From the NCBI GenBank assembly GCA_023265595.1, contig JAHFSU010000002.1:21105-85104 (forward strand): a stretch of 64,000 nucleotides of DNA. Reading direction: 5' to 3'. Below, piece by piece: positions 10,006 through 17,842 of the stretch (position 1 is its first letter; each line of letters opens with the position of its first letter). A program made the position numbers and the translations under genes. Under the pieces are notes generated by a model. That model searched no databases and had not been told where the DNA came from. It was given only the letters and a program-made list of their open reading frames with translations. The DNA is from Deltaproteobacteria bacterium (GTDB lineage: Bacteria; UBA10199; SPLOWO2-01-44-7).

Positions 10006-10077
10006 GGTCAAATTTGCGTCACCCACAATCGTCAAAATTTTGACGATTTAGGGGACGTTCCACCAAAATTTTGACGC
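10006..10077. promoter_or_regulatory. Cluster of three related palindromic sites (core TCAAAATTTTGACG; 10030-10045 is a perfect 16-bp palindrome CGTCAAAATTTTGACG) in the receiver/kinase intergenic region
   Basis: Seen directly. Sites at ~10007 (degenerate), 10030-10045 (perfect) and 10063-10076 (one arm imperfect). They lie 150-200 bp upstream of the kinase start at 9883 and just 3' of the receiver gene. Confidence 0.4.
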
Positions 10078-10079
10078 TT

Positions 10080-10463
10080 TTAAATTAACGATTTGATGAC
10101 TTGGACCAGCTCTGCCGAATCAAACGGTTTGGTTAGCACTTTGGCAATCCCTAATGCCTCGGCCCGCGTTGCGAGACCTTTTATCACCTTGGCGGTAATT
10201 ACAATAATAGGAATATTTTTTGTGGCCTGATTTGCTTTCAATTGCTGACACACTTCCCACCCCCCCATTCTCGGCATCGCGATATCGAGTAAAATAATAT
10301 CAGGCTTGAATGCCCTTGTCTGTTCGAGCCCTTGTTCTCCATCGAGTGCCACATCGACCAAAAACCCGAATTTTTGAAGACGCAAAAGAAGAAGCTGAAC
10401 CAGATCCCCTTCATCGTCGATAATAAGCACCTTTTTTTTATTATGGTATTTTAAATGCATCAT
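10080..10463 (-). CDS. Single-domain response regulator (receiver)
   Basis: REC domain (LIIDDEGD…ILLDIAMP…VITAK…LTKPF). The start was chosen at an internal Met; the track ORF begins 30 nt upstream. Confidence 0.8.
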   Translation of the reverse strand: MMHLKYHNKKKVLIIDDEGDLVQLLLLRLQKFGFLVDVALDGEQGLEQTRAFKPDIILLDIAMPRMGGWEVCQQLKANQATKNIPIIVITAKVIKGLATRAEALGIAKVLTKPFDSAELVQVIKSLI

Positions 10464-10591
10464 TGAGTTAAAAACCATAAGTATTTCTAACATTTAATCC
10501 GCACCTTCGGTACGTCTCAAATGTTGAAATACTTTATCTGTCACCATTTTTTCTTGTATATATTATTCCACAATTGATTATAGGCGTCACC

Positions 10592-11344
10592 ATGAAAATC
10601 CTTCGTTGGTTTCCGGTCCTTATCCTGATTTTTTCTTCTTCTGCCTTTGCGCAACAACGCTATTTTTTTTCGGGAGATGGAAAAATCGTCTTTAAAAGGG
10701 GGAGCAAACCGCTCGATAATGTATCCCCTAGATTGATCGCCCTTCTCGGTTATCTGCAGGATGCCTTGGGAAAAGGAATGGCGAAGATTCAAATTCTTTC
10801 GGCCTATCGCAGTCCGGAATATAATGAGAAACTCCGACAAAAAGGAAAATTAGCCGCAAAAGCAAGTCTGCACCAAGAAGGGATGGCCGTCGACTTTACG
10901 ATGGAGGGTGTGCCGGCAGAAGAAATTTGGAAATTTGTCAAAAATTTGAATTGCTGCGGCGTCGGCTTTTATCACGGCAATGCGGTGCATATCGACACCG
11001 GCCCGCCCCGTTTTTGGGATGAAACCTCATCAAAAGTTTTTACCGATTTTTCTCTCCACAACAAACAGATTTATATCACAACTCAATACGATATTTATCA
11101 GCCGGGCGAAAAAATAAGTTTTGATATTGTGCGCATCACGGAATATCCTTTCGGTATTAAAATGGATAAAAAATGCCTTGTCATTGCGTCTAAAAAGGAG
11201 GCTCAGCATTTCATCTTCGACAAGAAATTTAAAAAGCGGGAAGGAAAACCGCAACAGCTGAAAATGAAGGTCTGTCAAAAACCCTCCCCCGAAATGCCGG
11301 ATGCCGTTATTTCGAACACCTTTATAATTGCCTCCCCCAAGTAG
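10592..11344 (+). CDS. Secreted DUF882 / peptidase M15A family protein (YcbK/MepK-like peptidoglycan LD-endopeptidase family)
   Basis: Signal peptide MKILRWFPVLILIFSSSAFA. Conserved block LSAYRSPEYNEKL…HQEGMAVDF…GVGFYHGNAVHIDTGPPRFW matches the YcbK-family zinc-binding motifs. Confidence 0.75.
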   Translation: MKILRWFPVLILIFSSSAFAQQRYFFSGDGKIVFKRGSKPLDNVSPRLIALLGYLQDALGKGMAKIQILSAYRSPEYNEKLRQKGKLAAKASLHQEGMAVDFTMEGVPAEEIWKFVKNLNCCGVGFYHGNAVHIDTGPPRFWDETSSKVFTDFSLHNKQIYITTQYDIYQPGEKISFDIVRITEYPFGIKMDKKCLVIASKKEAQHFIFDKKFKKREGKPQQLKMKVCQKPSPEMPDAVISNTFIIASPK

Positions 11345-11371
11345 CGGTGTTATGAGCGTCACACAGTTGAG

Positions 11372-11444
11372 GGGCCCTTAGCTCAGCGGTTAGAGCTGCC
11401 GGCTCATAACCGGTCGGTCCCAGGTTCGAATCCTGGAGGGCCCA
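11372..11444 (+). tRNA. tRNA-Met (anticodon CAT; elongator type or Ile-lysidine type, not initiator)
   Basis: Manual cloverleaf. Acceptor stem GGGCCCT/AGGGCCC with discriminator A. Anticodon loop CTCATAA. T-arm GGTTCGAATCC. The G1-C72 pair argues against an initiator. CCA is not encoded. Confidence 0.85.
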
Positions 11445-11446
11445 CA

Positions 11447-12400
11447 TTGAAAGTGCCACCTTCCAAAAGCATTACGCACAGAGCTCTTTTTTGCGCAGCG
11501 CTTGCCAAAGGAGAGAGTAGAATTATCGATCCGTCAAAATGCGACGACACACTGGCGAGTGTTCAGGTCCTTTCTCAACTCGGCATTTCCATTATCATGA
11601 AAGAAGAGGAATGGATCGTCCGCGGCGGCGCTTTCAAAAAACCGTCGATACCGCTTGATTGCAACGAATCGGGAACAACTTTTCGATTTGTGACAGCCCT
11701 TGCCGATGTTTTGAAAATTTCATGCGAAATAACCGGCAAACCTTTCTTGATGCAACGCCCGCAACGGCCGGATCCTAAAATCAGTTCGCAATATCTCTCC
11801 GGTCTGTTGTTGGTTGACCCATCCACTGCCATACCGAAGGAGGCCGTTTCCAAACCTTATATTTTTCTTACGATGGAGATGAAAAAAAAATTTGAGAAGG
11901 GCCCCACGGAAGTGACCATTGAAGGCTGTTGGTCTTCTGCCGCTTTTCTGATCGCCTTCGGCACATTGATCCAACCGATCCGATTGGAAGGTTTAAATCG
12001 GGAAAGTCTTCAGGGAGATAAAAAAATCGTGACGATCTTAAAAGAGATGGGGGCTGACATCGAATGGCAAAACAAGACACTTGTGGTAAAACCGTCGCCG
12101 CTCAAAGCGGTCTCATGGGATTTAACCGACACTCCCGATTTATACCCGATCCTTTCTGTTGTGGCCCGTTTTGCCAAAGGCCAATGTCATTTTAGAGGAA
12201 TCGAAAGATTGCGCTTTAAGGAATCAAACCGTTTTGAAGCAATGCAGGAAATCTCAAATGCGGTTGACTCAAAGGACCACCGGGTTATCATGGCGGCGGC
12301 TGTTTGGGGCAAAGCTACGGGGCAAAAGCTGAAGTTCAAATATCCCGAAGCGGTGGCCAAATCGTGGCCGAAGTTTTGGGATGTCCTTAAAAAGATATGA
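11447..12400 (+). CDS. aroA: Compact 3-phosphoshikimate 1-carboxyvinyltransferase (EPSP synthase) homologue, 317 aa, TTG start
   Basis: The KSITHRA motif (the AroA KS(I/V)SNRA Lys22 loop), SSQYLSGLLL, RFKESNRFEAM, DHRVIMAA and VAKSWP match AroA catalytic regions. It is ~110 aa shorter than typical AroA and begins 3 nt after the tRNA. Confidence 0.6.
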   Translation: MKVPPSKSITHRALFCAALAKGESRIIDPSKCDDTLASVQVLSQLGISIIMKEEEWIVRGGAFKKPSIPLDCNESGTTFRFVTALADVLKISCEITGKPFLMQRPQRPDPKISSQYLSGLLLVDPSTAIPKEAVSKPYIFLTMEMKKKFEKGPTEVTIEGCWSSAAFLIAFGTLIQPIRLEGLNRESLQGDKKIVTILKEMGADIEWQNKTLVVKPSPLKAVSWDLTDTPDLYPILSVVARFAKGQCHFRGIERLRFKESNRFEAMQEISNAVDSKDHRVIMAAAVWGKATGQKLKFKYPEAVAKSWPKFWDVLKKI

Positions 12401-13413
12401 GCAATGCCTTTGGCAAAATTTTTCAGGTAACGAGCTTTGGCGAAAGTCATGGGCCCTGTATCGGTGTCGTCGTCGACGGCTGTCCGGCCGGATTGAAAAT
12501 AGATCCCAAAAAAATTGCAGATGATTTGGCCAGAAGACGTCCGGGGCAAATACTAACCACCCCACGCAACGAAACGGATGATTTTAAAATTCTCTCCGGT
12601 CTTGTCGACGGACACACCACCGGAGCCCCGCTCTGTTTTATCATCCCCAATCACGATGTCGATTCCGCGCAATATGAAGAGCGCCGCTTTACCCCGCGGC
12701 CGGGACACGCTGACTACACGGCGTTTATCAAATATGCCGGTTTTGAGGATTATCGCGGCGGCGGCCGTTTTTCGGCCCGCGTGACAGCCGGTTTCGTCAT
12801 TGCGGGGAACATCGCCAAACAGCTTTTGGAAAAAATAGGTGTGACGATTTCTGCCAAAATTATTGAAATTGGGGGGAGGTCGGAAAAAATGATGGAGAGA
12901 ATTGCCGAAGCGGCCGAATCGGGCGAGAGTGTCGGGGGAATCATTGAGGGGGAGGCGTTGAACATTCCGGCCGGTTTGGGAGAACCGCTCTTCGACAAAC
13001 TCGACGCCGAATTGGCGAAGGCCCTCTTCTCTCTCCCCGCCGTCAAAGGCGTTGAATTTGGCAGCGGTTTTGCCGCCGCCAGAAAGCTGGGAAGTGAGAA
13101 CAATGATCCCTATGAAATACAAAACGGAAAAGTGGTGACGAAAACCAACAACGCCGGCGGTGTTTTAGGCGGCATTTCCAATGGCATGCCGATTGTTGCA
13201 TGCGTGGCCTTCAAACCGATCGCCTCGATTGCCAAACCGCAGGAGACCCTCGACCTCAGAACCAACCGACCGGTCCCATTAAAAATCGAAGGGCGTTTTG
13301 ACCCTTGTCCCATTCCACGCGCTGTCGTCATGGTAGAAGCGATGATGGCGATTGTCCTGACCGACTTTGCATTAATGGGGCAAGTGCTGCCAAAAGTTTT
13401 CAAACGCCAATGA
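12397..13413 (+). CDS. aroC: Chorismate synthase
   Basis: N-terminus MSNAFGKIFQVTSFGESHGPCIGVVVDGCPAGL is the canonical AroC start. 338 aa. Overlaps aroA by 4 nt. Confidence 0.9.
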   Translation: MSNAFGKIFQVTSFGESHGPCIGVVVDGCPAGLKIDPKKIADDLARRRPGQILTTPRNETDDFKILSGLVDGHTTGAPLCFIIPNHDVDSAQYEERRFTPRPGHADYTAFIKYAGFEDYRGGGRFSARVTAGFVIAGNIAKQLLEKIGVTISAKIIEIGGRSEKMMERIAEAAESGESVGGIIEGEALNIPAGLGEPLFDKLDAELAKALFSLPAVKGVEFGSGFAAARKLGSENNDPYEIQNGKVVTKTNNAGGVLGGISNGMPIVACVAFKPIASIAKPQETLDLRTNRPVPLKIEGRFDPCPIPRAVVMVEAMMAIVLTDFALMGQVLPKVFKRQ

Positions 13414-14855
13414 ATCTTTTTCGCCGAAAAACAATTGATGCCTGTCTTCAAGATATTGCCAATCCCGAAACATCATTAAAAAAAGCGCTGGGCCCTTGGC
13501 ACCTCATCGCTTTAGGGATCGGCGCTATCATCGGCGCCGGCATTTTTGCATCGATCGGCACCGCCGCCGCCGGAGATTTATTAAGACCGGGGGCCGGGCC
13601 GGCCATTATTCTCTCGTTTATTCTCACCGCCATCGCGTGCGGATTTGCCGCCCTCTGTTACGCCGAATTTGCGGCGATGGTCCCCATCTCCGGCTCGGCC
13701 TACACCTATTCCTACGCAACACTGGGGGAACTGATCGCATGGATTATCGGCTGGGATCTCATCATCGAATATGCAGTCGGCAATGTTGCCGTCGCCATTT
13801 CATGGTCGGGATATTTCACACAGCTTCTTTCCGGATTGGGAATACGCTTCCCCGTCTGGCTGGCCACCGATCTGCGCAGGGCATTAGCCAGCCCCGAAAT
13901 TCTGGCGGCCGCGCCCCACATCGGCAATGTCCCGATTGTCTGCAATCTTCCCGCGGCTTTGATCGTATTGGCGATCACATGGATTCTCGTGATCGGCATC
14001 AAAGAGAGCGCTCTTTTCAACAGCGTCATGGTGTTGATCAAACTGATAACGCTGGGCCTTTTTGTGGCGGTCGGATTTTTTTATGTAAAACCGGAAAATT
14101 GGCAACCTTTTATGCCAAACGGCTGGGCCGGCGTTCAGGCAGGGGCGGCCGTTGTTTTTTTCGCCTACATCGGCTTCGATGCGGTCTCCACCGTGGCTGA
14201 AGAATGCCGCAACCCCGCCAAAGATATGCCTCGCGGCATTATCGGTTCGCTCATCATTTCGACAATCATTTATATTATTGTTGCCGTTGTGTTGACCGGC
14301 ATTCTCCCTTTTTCCCAGCTGAATGTTTCCGAACCGCTCGCCTTGGCGTTGCAAAAAATAGGGGCGCATCAATCGGCCGGTTTTGTCTCCTTGGGCGCCA
14401 TTATTTCGATGACGGCTGTCTTGCTCGTTTTTCAACTGGGCCAGCCGCGCATTTTTTTCTCGATGGCCCGAGACGGCCTCTTGCCCCCATGGTGCGCCAA
14501 AGTGCATCCAAAATATCGAACACCCTATGTCACAACCCTCATTACCGGTTTTGTCGTCGCTTTTTTTTCGGCTTTCGCCAGCATCGATGAGATGGTCGAC
14601 CTCACGAACATCGGCACTCTTTTCGCTTTTGTTTTGGTCTGTGTCGGCATTTTGATTTTGCGTGTTCGGGAACCAAACCGGCTGCGTCCCTTCAAAGCCC
14701 CGCTTTTCCCATGGGTACCCATTTTGGGAATCCTCTCCTGTTTTTATCTGATGATGGGTCTGCCGCAGATCACATGGATCCGATTCGGCGTCTGGCTCGC
14801 GGTGGGGATGATTTTTTATTTTGCCTATGGAAGCCGCCACTCACGACTTGGGTAA
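13410..14855 (+). CDS. Amino-acid permease (APC superfamily)
   Basis: ATG at 13410 overlaps the aroC stop (ATGA). ~12 predicted TM helices. N-terminal consensus WHLIALGIGAIIGAGIF. Confidence 0.8.
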   Translation: MNLFRRKTIDACLQDIANPETSLKKALGPWHLIALGIGAIIGAGIFASIGTAAAGDLLRPGAGPAIILSFILTAIACGFAALCYAEFAAMVPISGSAYTYSYATLGELIAWIIGWDLIIEYAVGNVAVAISWSGYFTQLLSGLGIRFPVWLATDLRRALASPEILAAAPHIGNVPIVCNLPAALIVLAITWILVIGIKESALFNSVMVLIKLITLGLFVAVGFFYVKPENWQPFMPNGWAGVQAGAAVVFFAYIGFDAVSTVAEECRNPAKDMPRGIIGSLIISTIIYIIVAVVLTGILPFSQLNVSEPLALALQKIGAHQSAGFVSLGAIISMTAVLLVFQLGQPRIFFSMARDGLLPPWCAKVHPKYRTPYVTTLITGFVVAFFSAFASIDEMVDLTNIGTLFAFVLVCVGILILRVREPNRLRPFKAPLFPWVPILGILSCFYLMMGLPQITWIRFGVWLAVGMIFYFAYGSRHSRLG

Positions 14856-16418
14856 TGCCAAACGGTTTTTCCATTGTCTGATTTTTTTTCGGGCGGTGGG
14901 GGTCAAGACATCCCAGAAAAGTTCATCCAAAAAAGCAAAACGATTGGGGTGGCGCTCTCTCGAGTCGTCTGAAAAGCCGCCGTTTGTCGCAAAATAGAGG
15001 TGTGCGGTTTCCGCAAAATCTTCGGCGCGGTTTTTCTGCGCATATTCGCTGGGGCTGCTGGCGTCGCCCTGCATCGCTTTAAGCCACCCGCAATGATTTG
15101 CCAAATGGGAATCCCCAAACCGATACCACGCGATATGATGGCCCAATTCGTGATAGAAGGTGTCTCGTGTCAGGAGACCCATCTCAAAGCGACTCATAGC
15201 TTCTTCAGATCGTTTGAAAAAAGTGATTGTTCCATATCCCGCATTGGCTGCATAATGATTCGGGTCCGTTTTATCCAGAATGCGTATTCGTTTCAGTCCT
15301 GCCAGCAAATCATCCGGAACGGTCTTTAGAATATCGACAATCATTTGTGGCGTGGGTGTGGTGTAATGGAGGCCGTCATCGGGAATCAGTTGCGAGGCCG
15401 AGATTATAAATATCTTTTCACCTTTTGAAAAACATTGATTCATTTCATCCTCTCTTGCCTTTGCCGGTATTGATTCTGTCATAGGCTTTGCCTCAGAGCC
15501 TTTGATAAAAACAGATGAATGAGGCCGCCCCTGTTTCAGCAGTCTTTCCATCGTGCCCGTTTCTTGAGTTAGATATCTGGCGGGTCGTAGGGTTGAACGG
15601 GTTAACGAGGCAGGGACAAACGGGGCAAAATAATAGGGCTCCAGCAAATCGTCAGGGCCTATAATCCGATAATCTTCGGGAAAACCAGATTTTTCCGGTG
15701 CGTTGGCGTTGCAAAGTATCAAAGCGCCGGTCACGCAAAAATCGGCCACTCTCCATTGTTCCCCGCCGTAATACAAAACCAGATTATCATCATGATGGGC
15801 ATTCAAAAAATATCTTGCGTTATGGGCCAATCTTTTAAAATGGGGGTTGTCGCTAAAGTGATAGGGGGCATTGGCCACCGTAAAGACGCGGATTTTTGCG
15901 GGTAAAATATCCGGATCAATGATGCTCCCCAATCTTTTTCCGCGCAGTTTTAGGCCAAGGCCTTTTTCCTGTTTTGAAATTTCCATGATTTCGAGACTTT
16001 CCGGATTGAAAAGAATGTTGCGATCGTAGAAGACCCATCGCTCATCGTCTTTGCGTTTTCTTGTTTTACTTTTGTTCCCACTCTTGATGAGTATTTCCGC
16101 TATTCCCTCCACCGGCTGGAAAAGCTTGATCCGTTTAGCAATGGCCTGACGATCCGGTTTTAAAATCTCCTGCCACTTTTGGGGGTCGATCTTTTTGAAT
16201 GTATCAATAACGGCCGCTCGGTCGGATACCGTTTTTTCATCTGAAAAATCTGCCGGAACGGCCCCGCCTTCTCTCAAAAGAGGGACGGCCTCCAATAAAA
16301 TGGGGGCAATTTGACCATAAGGGGCTTGAGTCCCCTCCAAGGCCCCTGCCGCCTCTATGGGGGTCATAAAGGTCCTTAGGCCAAGCAAGAAAGATGAGTT
16401 GAGTATTTCGTTCATCAA
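14841..16418 (-). CDS. Hypothetical cytoplasmic protein with an HExxH zinc-metallopeptidase-like motif (HELGHHIAWY)
   Basis: 525 aa. No signal peptide. One HExxH with a downstream Glu. No family recognised by eye. Confidence 0.5.
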   Translation of the reverse strand: MMNEILNSSFLLGLRTFMTPIEAAGALEGTQAPYGQIAPILLEAVPLLREGGAVPADFSDEKTVSDRAAVIDTFKKIDPQKWQEILKPDRQAIAKRIKLFQPVEGIAEILIKSGNKSKTRKRKDDERWVFYDRNILFNPESLEIMEISKQEKGLGLKLRGKRLGSIIDPDILPAKIRVFTVANAPYHFSDNPHFKRLAHNARYFLNAHHDDNLVLYYGGEQWRVADFCVTGALILCNANAPEKSGFPEDYRIIGPDDLLEPYYFAPFVPASLTRSTLRPARYLTQETGTMERLLKQGRPHSSVFIKGSEAKPMTESIPAKAREDEMNQCFSKGEKIFIISASQLIPDDGLHYTTPTPQMIVDILKTVPDDLLAGLKRIRILDKTDPNHYAANAGYGTITFFKRSEEAMSRFEMGLLTRDTFYHELGHHIAWYRFGDSHLANHCGWLKAMQGDASSPSEYAQKNRAEDFAETAHLYFATNGGFSDDSRERHPNRFAFLDELFWDVLTPTARKKIRQWKNRLALPKS

Positions 16419-16475
16419 TAGAGTTATCGGCAGATTTCAGAAAAAGTTGCCTATAAATGCTTGCATTCCTTATTT

Positions 16476-16553
16476 CCCTCTCCCCTTGTGCCAGCCCGCC
16501 GGTTGTTTGGCGGGGGAGAGGGTGGCCGCAGGCCGGGTGAGGGGGTAAGGGTT
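16476..16553. repeat. GC-rich nested-hairpin repeat element (CCCTCTCCCC…CCCGCC-N-GGCGGG…GGGGAGAGGG…GGGTAAGGG). Member of a dispersed family; an inverted copy sits at 56446-56508.
   Basis: Seen directly. Shares TCCCTCTCCC-TTG, GCCCGCCGGTTGT(T/G)TGGCGGGGG and GGGTAAGGG blocks with the reverse complement of 56446-56508. Confidence 0.55.
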
Positions 16554-16554
16554 T

Positions 16555-17745
16555 TCAGAAAAGGCGGTATTTTTTCCCGACTTTTTCGAAGCCGGTCAAG
16601 GCTTTGTCGAGATGGGCAGGGGTGTGGGCGGCGGAAATTTGAACGCGGATGCGCGCCTTATCTTTGGGAACAACCGGATAGGAAAAGCCGATGACATAAA
16701 TTCCTTCGTCTAATAAATCGTGGGCGATATTTTGCGCGAGTTTGGCATCGCCCAACATGACGGGGACAATCGGGTGGGTCCCTTCCAAAATTTTAAAACC
16801 GAGCGCTTTCATTTTGGAACGAAAATATTTTGTATTTTCTTCGAGACGGTCTCGCAATGTGGTCGACTTTTCGAGAAGTTCAAAAACTTTGAGCGAGGCG
16901 GCGACAACAACAGGCGCCACGGTATTGGAAAAAAGATAGGGACGCGAACGCTGACGCAAAAATTCGATGATCTCTTTTCTACCAACGGTGAAGCCGCCGG
17001 TGGCGCCTCCAAGGGCCTTGCCCAAAGTCGATGTCAAAACATCAATGCGCCCCATGACGCCGCAATGTTCCGGCGTACCGCGGCCTGTCTTGCCAATAAA
17101 GCCGGTCGCGTGCGAATCATCGACCATCACGAGCGCCTCATATTTTTCAGCGAGGTCGCAAATGGAATCGAGCTTGGCGACAGTTCCATCCATCGAAAAA
17201 ACGCCGTCGGTCGCAATCATTTTGAGCCTCGCCCCTTTGTCATGCGCCTCTTTGAGTTTGGCATCCAGATCGGCCATGTCCGAATTATTGTAGCGATAGC
17301 GCTGGGCCTTGCACAGACGGACGCCATCGATAATCGAGGCATGATTCAATGCATCGCTGATGATTGCGTCTTCTTCGCCGAGTAGAGTTTCAAAAAGCCC
17401 TCCATTCGCATCAAAACAAGAAGAATATAAAATCGCATCGTCCATTTTTAAAAAATGGGCGATTTCTTTCTCCAAATTTTTATGGAGGTCAGTCGTGCCG
17501 CAGATAAAACGAACCGAAGACATGCCGAAGCCCCGTTCGTCCAGCGATTTTTTTGCCGCCGCGATCAATTCGGGATTGTCGGCCAACCCCAGATAATTAT
17601 TGGCGCAAAAATTGATCACATCCCCTTTGGAGACACGGATATCGGCCCGTTGCGGCGATAAAATGATTCGCTCTTCTTTATACAAACCGGCGTCCCGAAT
17701 TTCCTGAAGCTGATCCGTAAGAATTTTTTGGAGTTTGCCGTACAT
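16555..17745 (-). CDS. kbl: 2-amino-3-ketobutyrate CoA ligase (glycine C-acetyltransferase)
   Basis: 396 aa, collinear with E. coli Kbl over its full length (…[20 protein letters not shown]…VRFICGT…[15 protein letters not shown]…[17 protein letters not shown]…). Confidence 0.9.
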   Translation of the reverse strand: MYGKLQKILTDQLQEIRDAGLYKEERIILSPQRADIRVSKGDVINFCANNYLGLADNPELIAAAKKSLDERGFGMSSVRFICGTTDLHKNLEKEIAHFLKMDDAILYSSCFDANGGLFETLLGEEDAIISDALNHASIIDGVRLCKAQRYRYNNSDMADLDAKLKEAHDKGARLKMIATDGVFSMDGTVAKLDSICDLAEKYEALVMVDDSHATGFIGKTGRGTPEHCGVMGRIDVLTSTLGKALGGATGGFTVGRKEIIEFLRQRSRPYLFSNTVAPVVVAASLKVFELLEKSTTLRDRLEENTKYFRSKMKALGFKILEGTHPIVPVMLGDAKLAQNIAHDLLDEGIYVIGFSYPVVPKDKARIRVQISAAHTPAHLDKALTGFEKVGKKYRLF

Positions 17746-17842
17746 GACGGTTGCAGAACGTAGCCGCTACTTATTGCAACGTCAAACAAAAAACAAACGC
17801 CAGACGATCCGGCTGTCTGGCGCTTGGAAGCGAGGTTGGTTT

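Noticed and set aside
11372-11444. Possibility that the tRNA-Met(CAT) is the initiator tRNA
   Set aside because: Position 1-72 forms a normal G-C pair (initiators have a 1-72 mismatch). The anticodon stem lacks the three consecutive G-C pairs characteristic of tRNA-fMet.
13496-14200. 234-aa Arg/His-rich plus-strand ORF (and the long antisense ORFs across 13884-14840)
   Set aside because: These are alternate-frame and antisense reads through the GC-rich amino-acid permease gene, whose 12-TM profile and start-stop coupling to aroC are far better supported.
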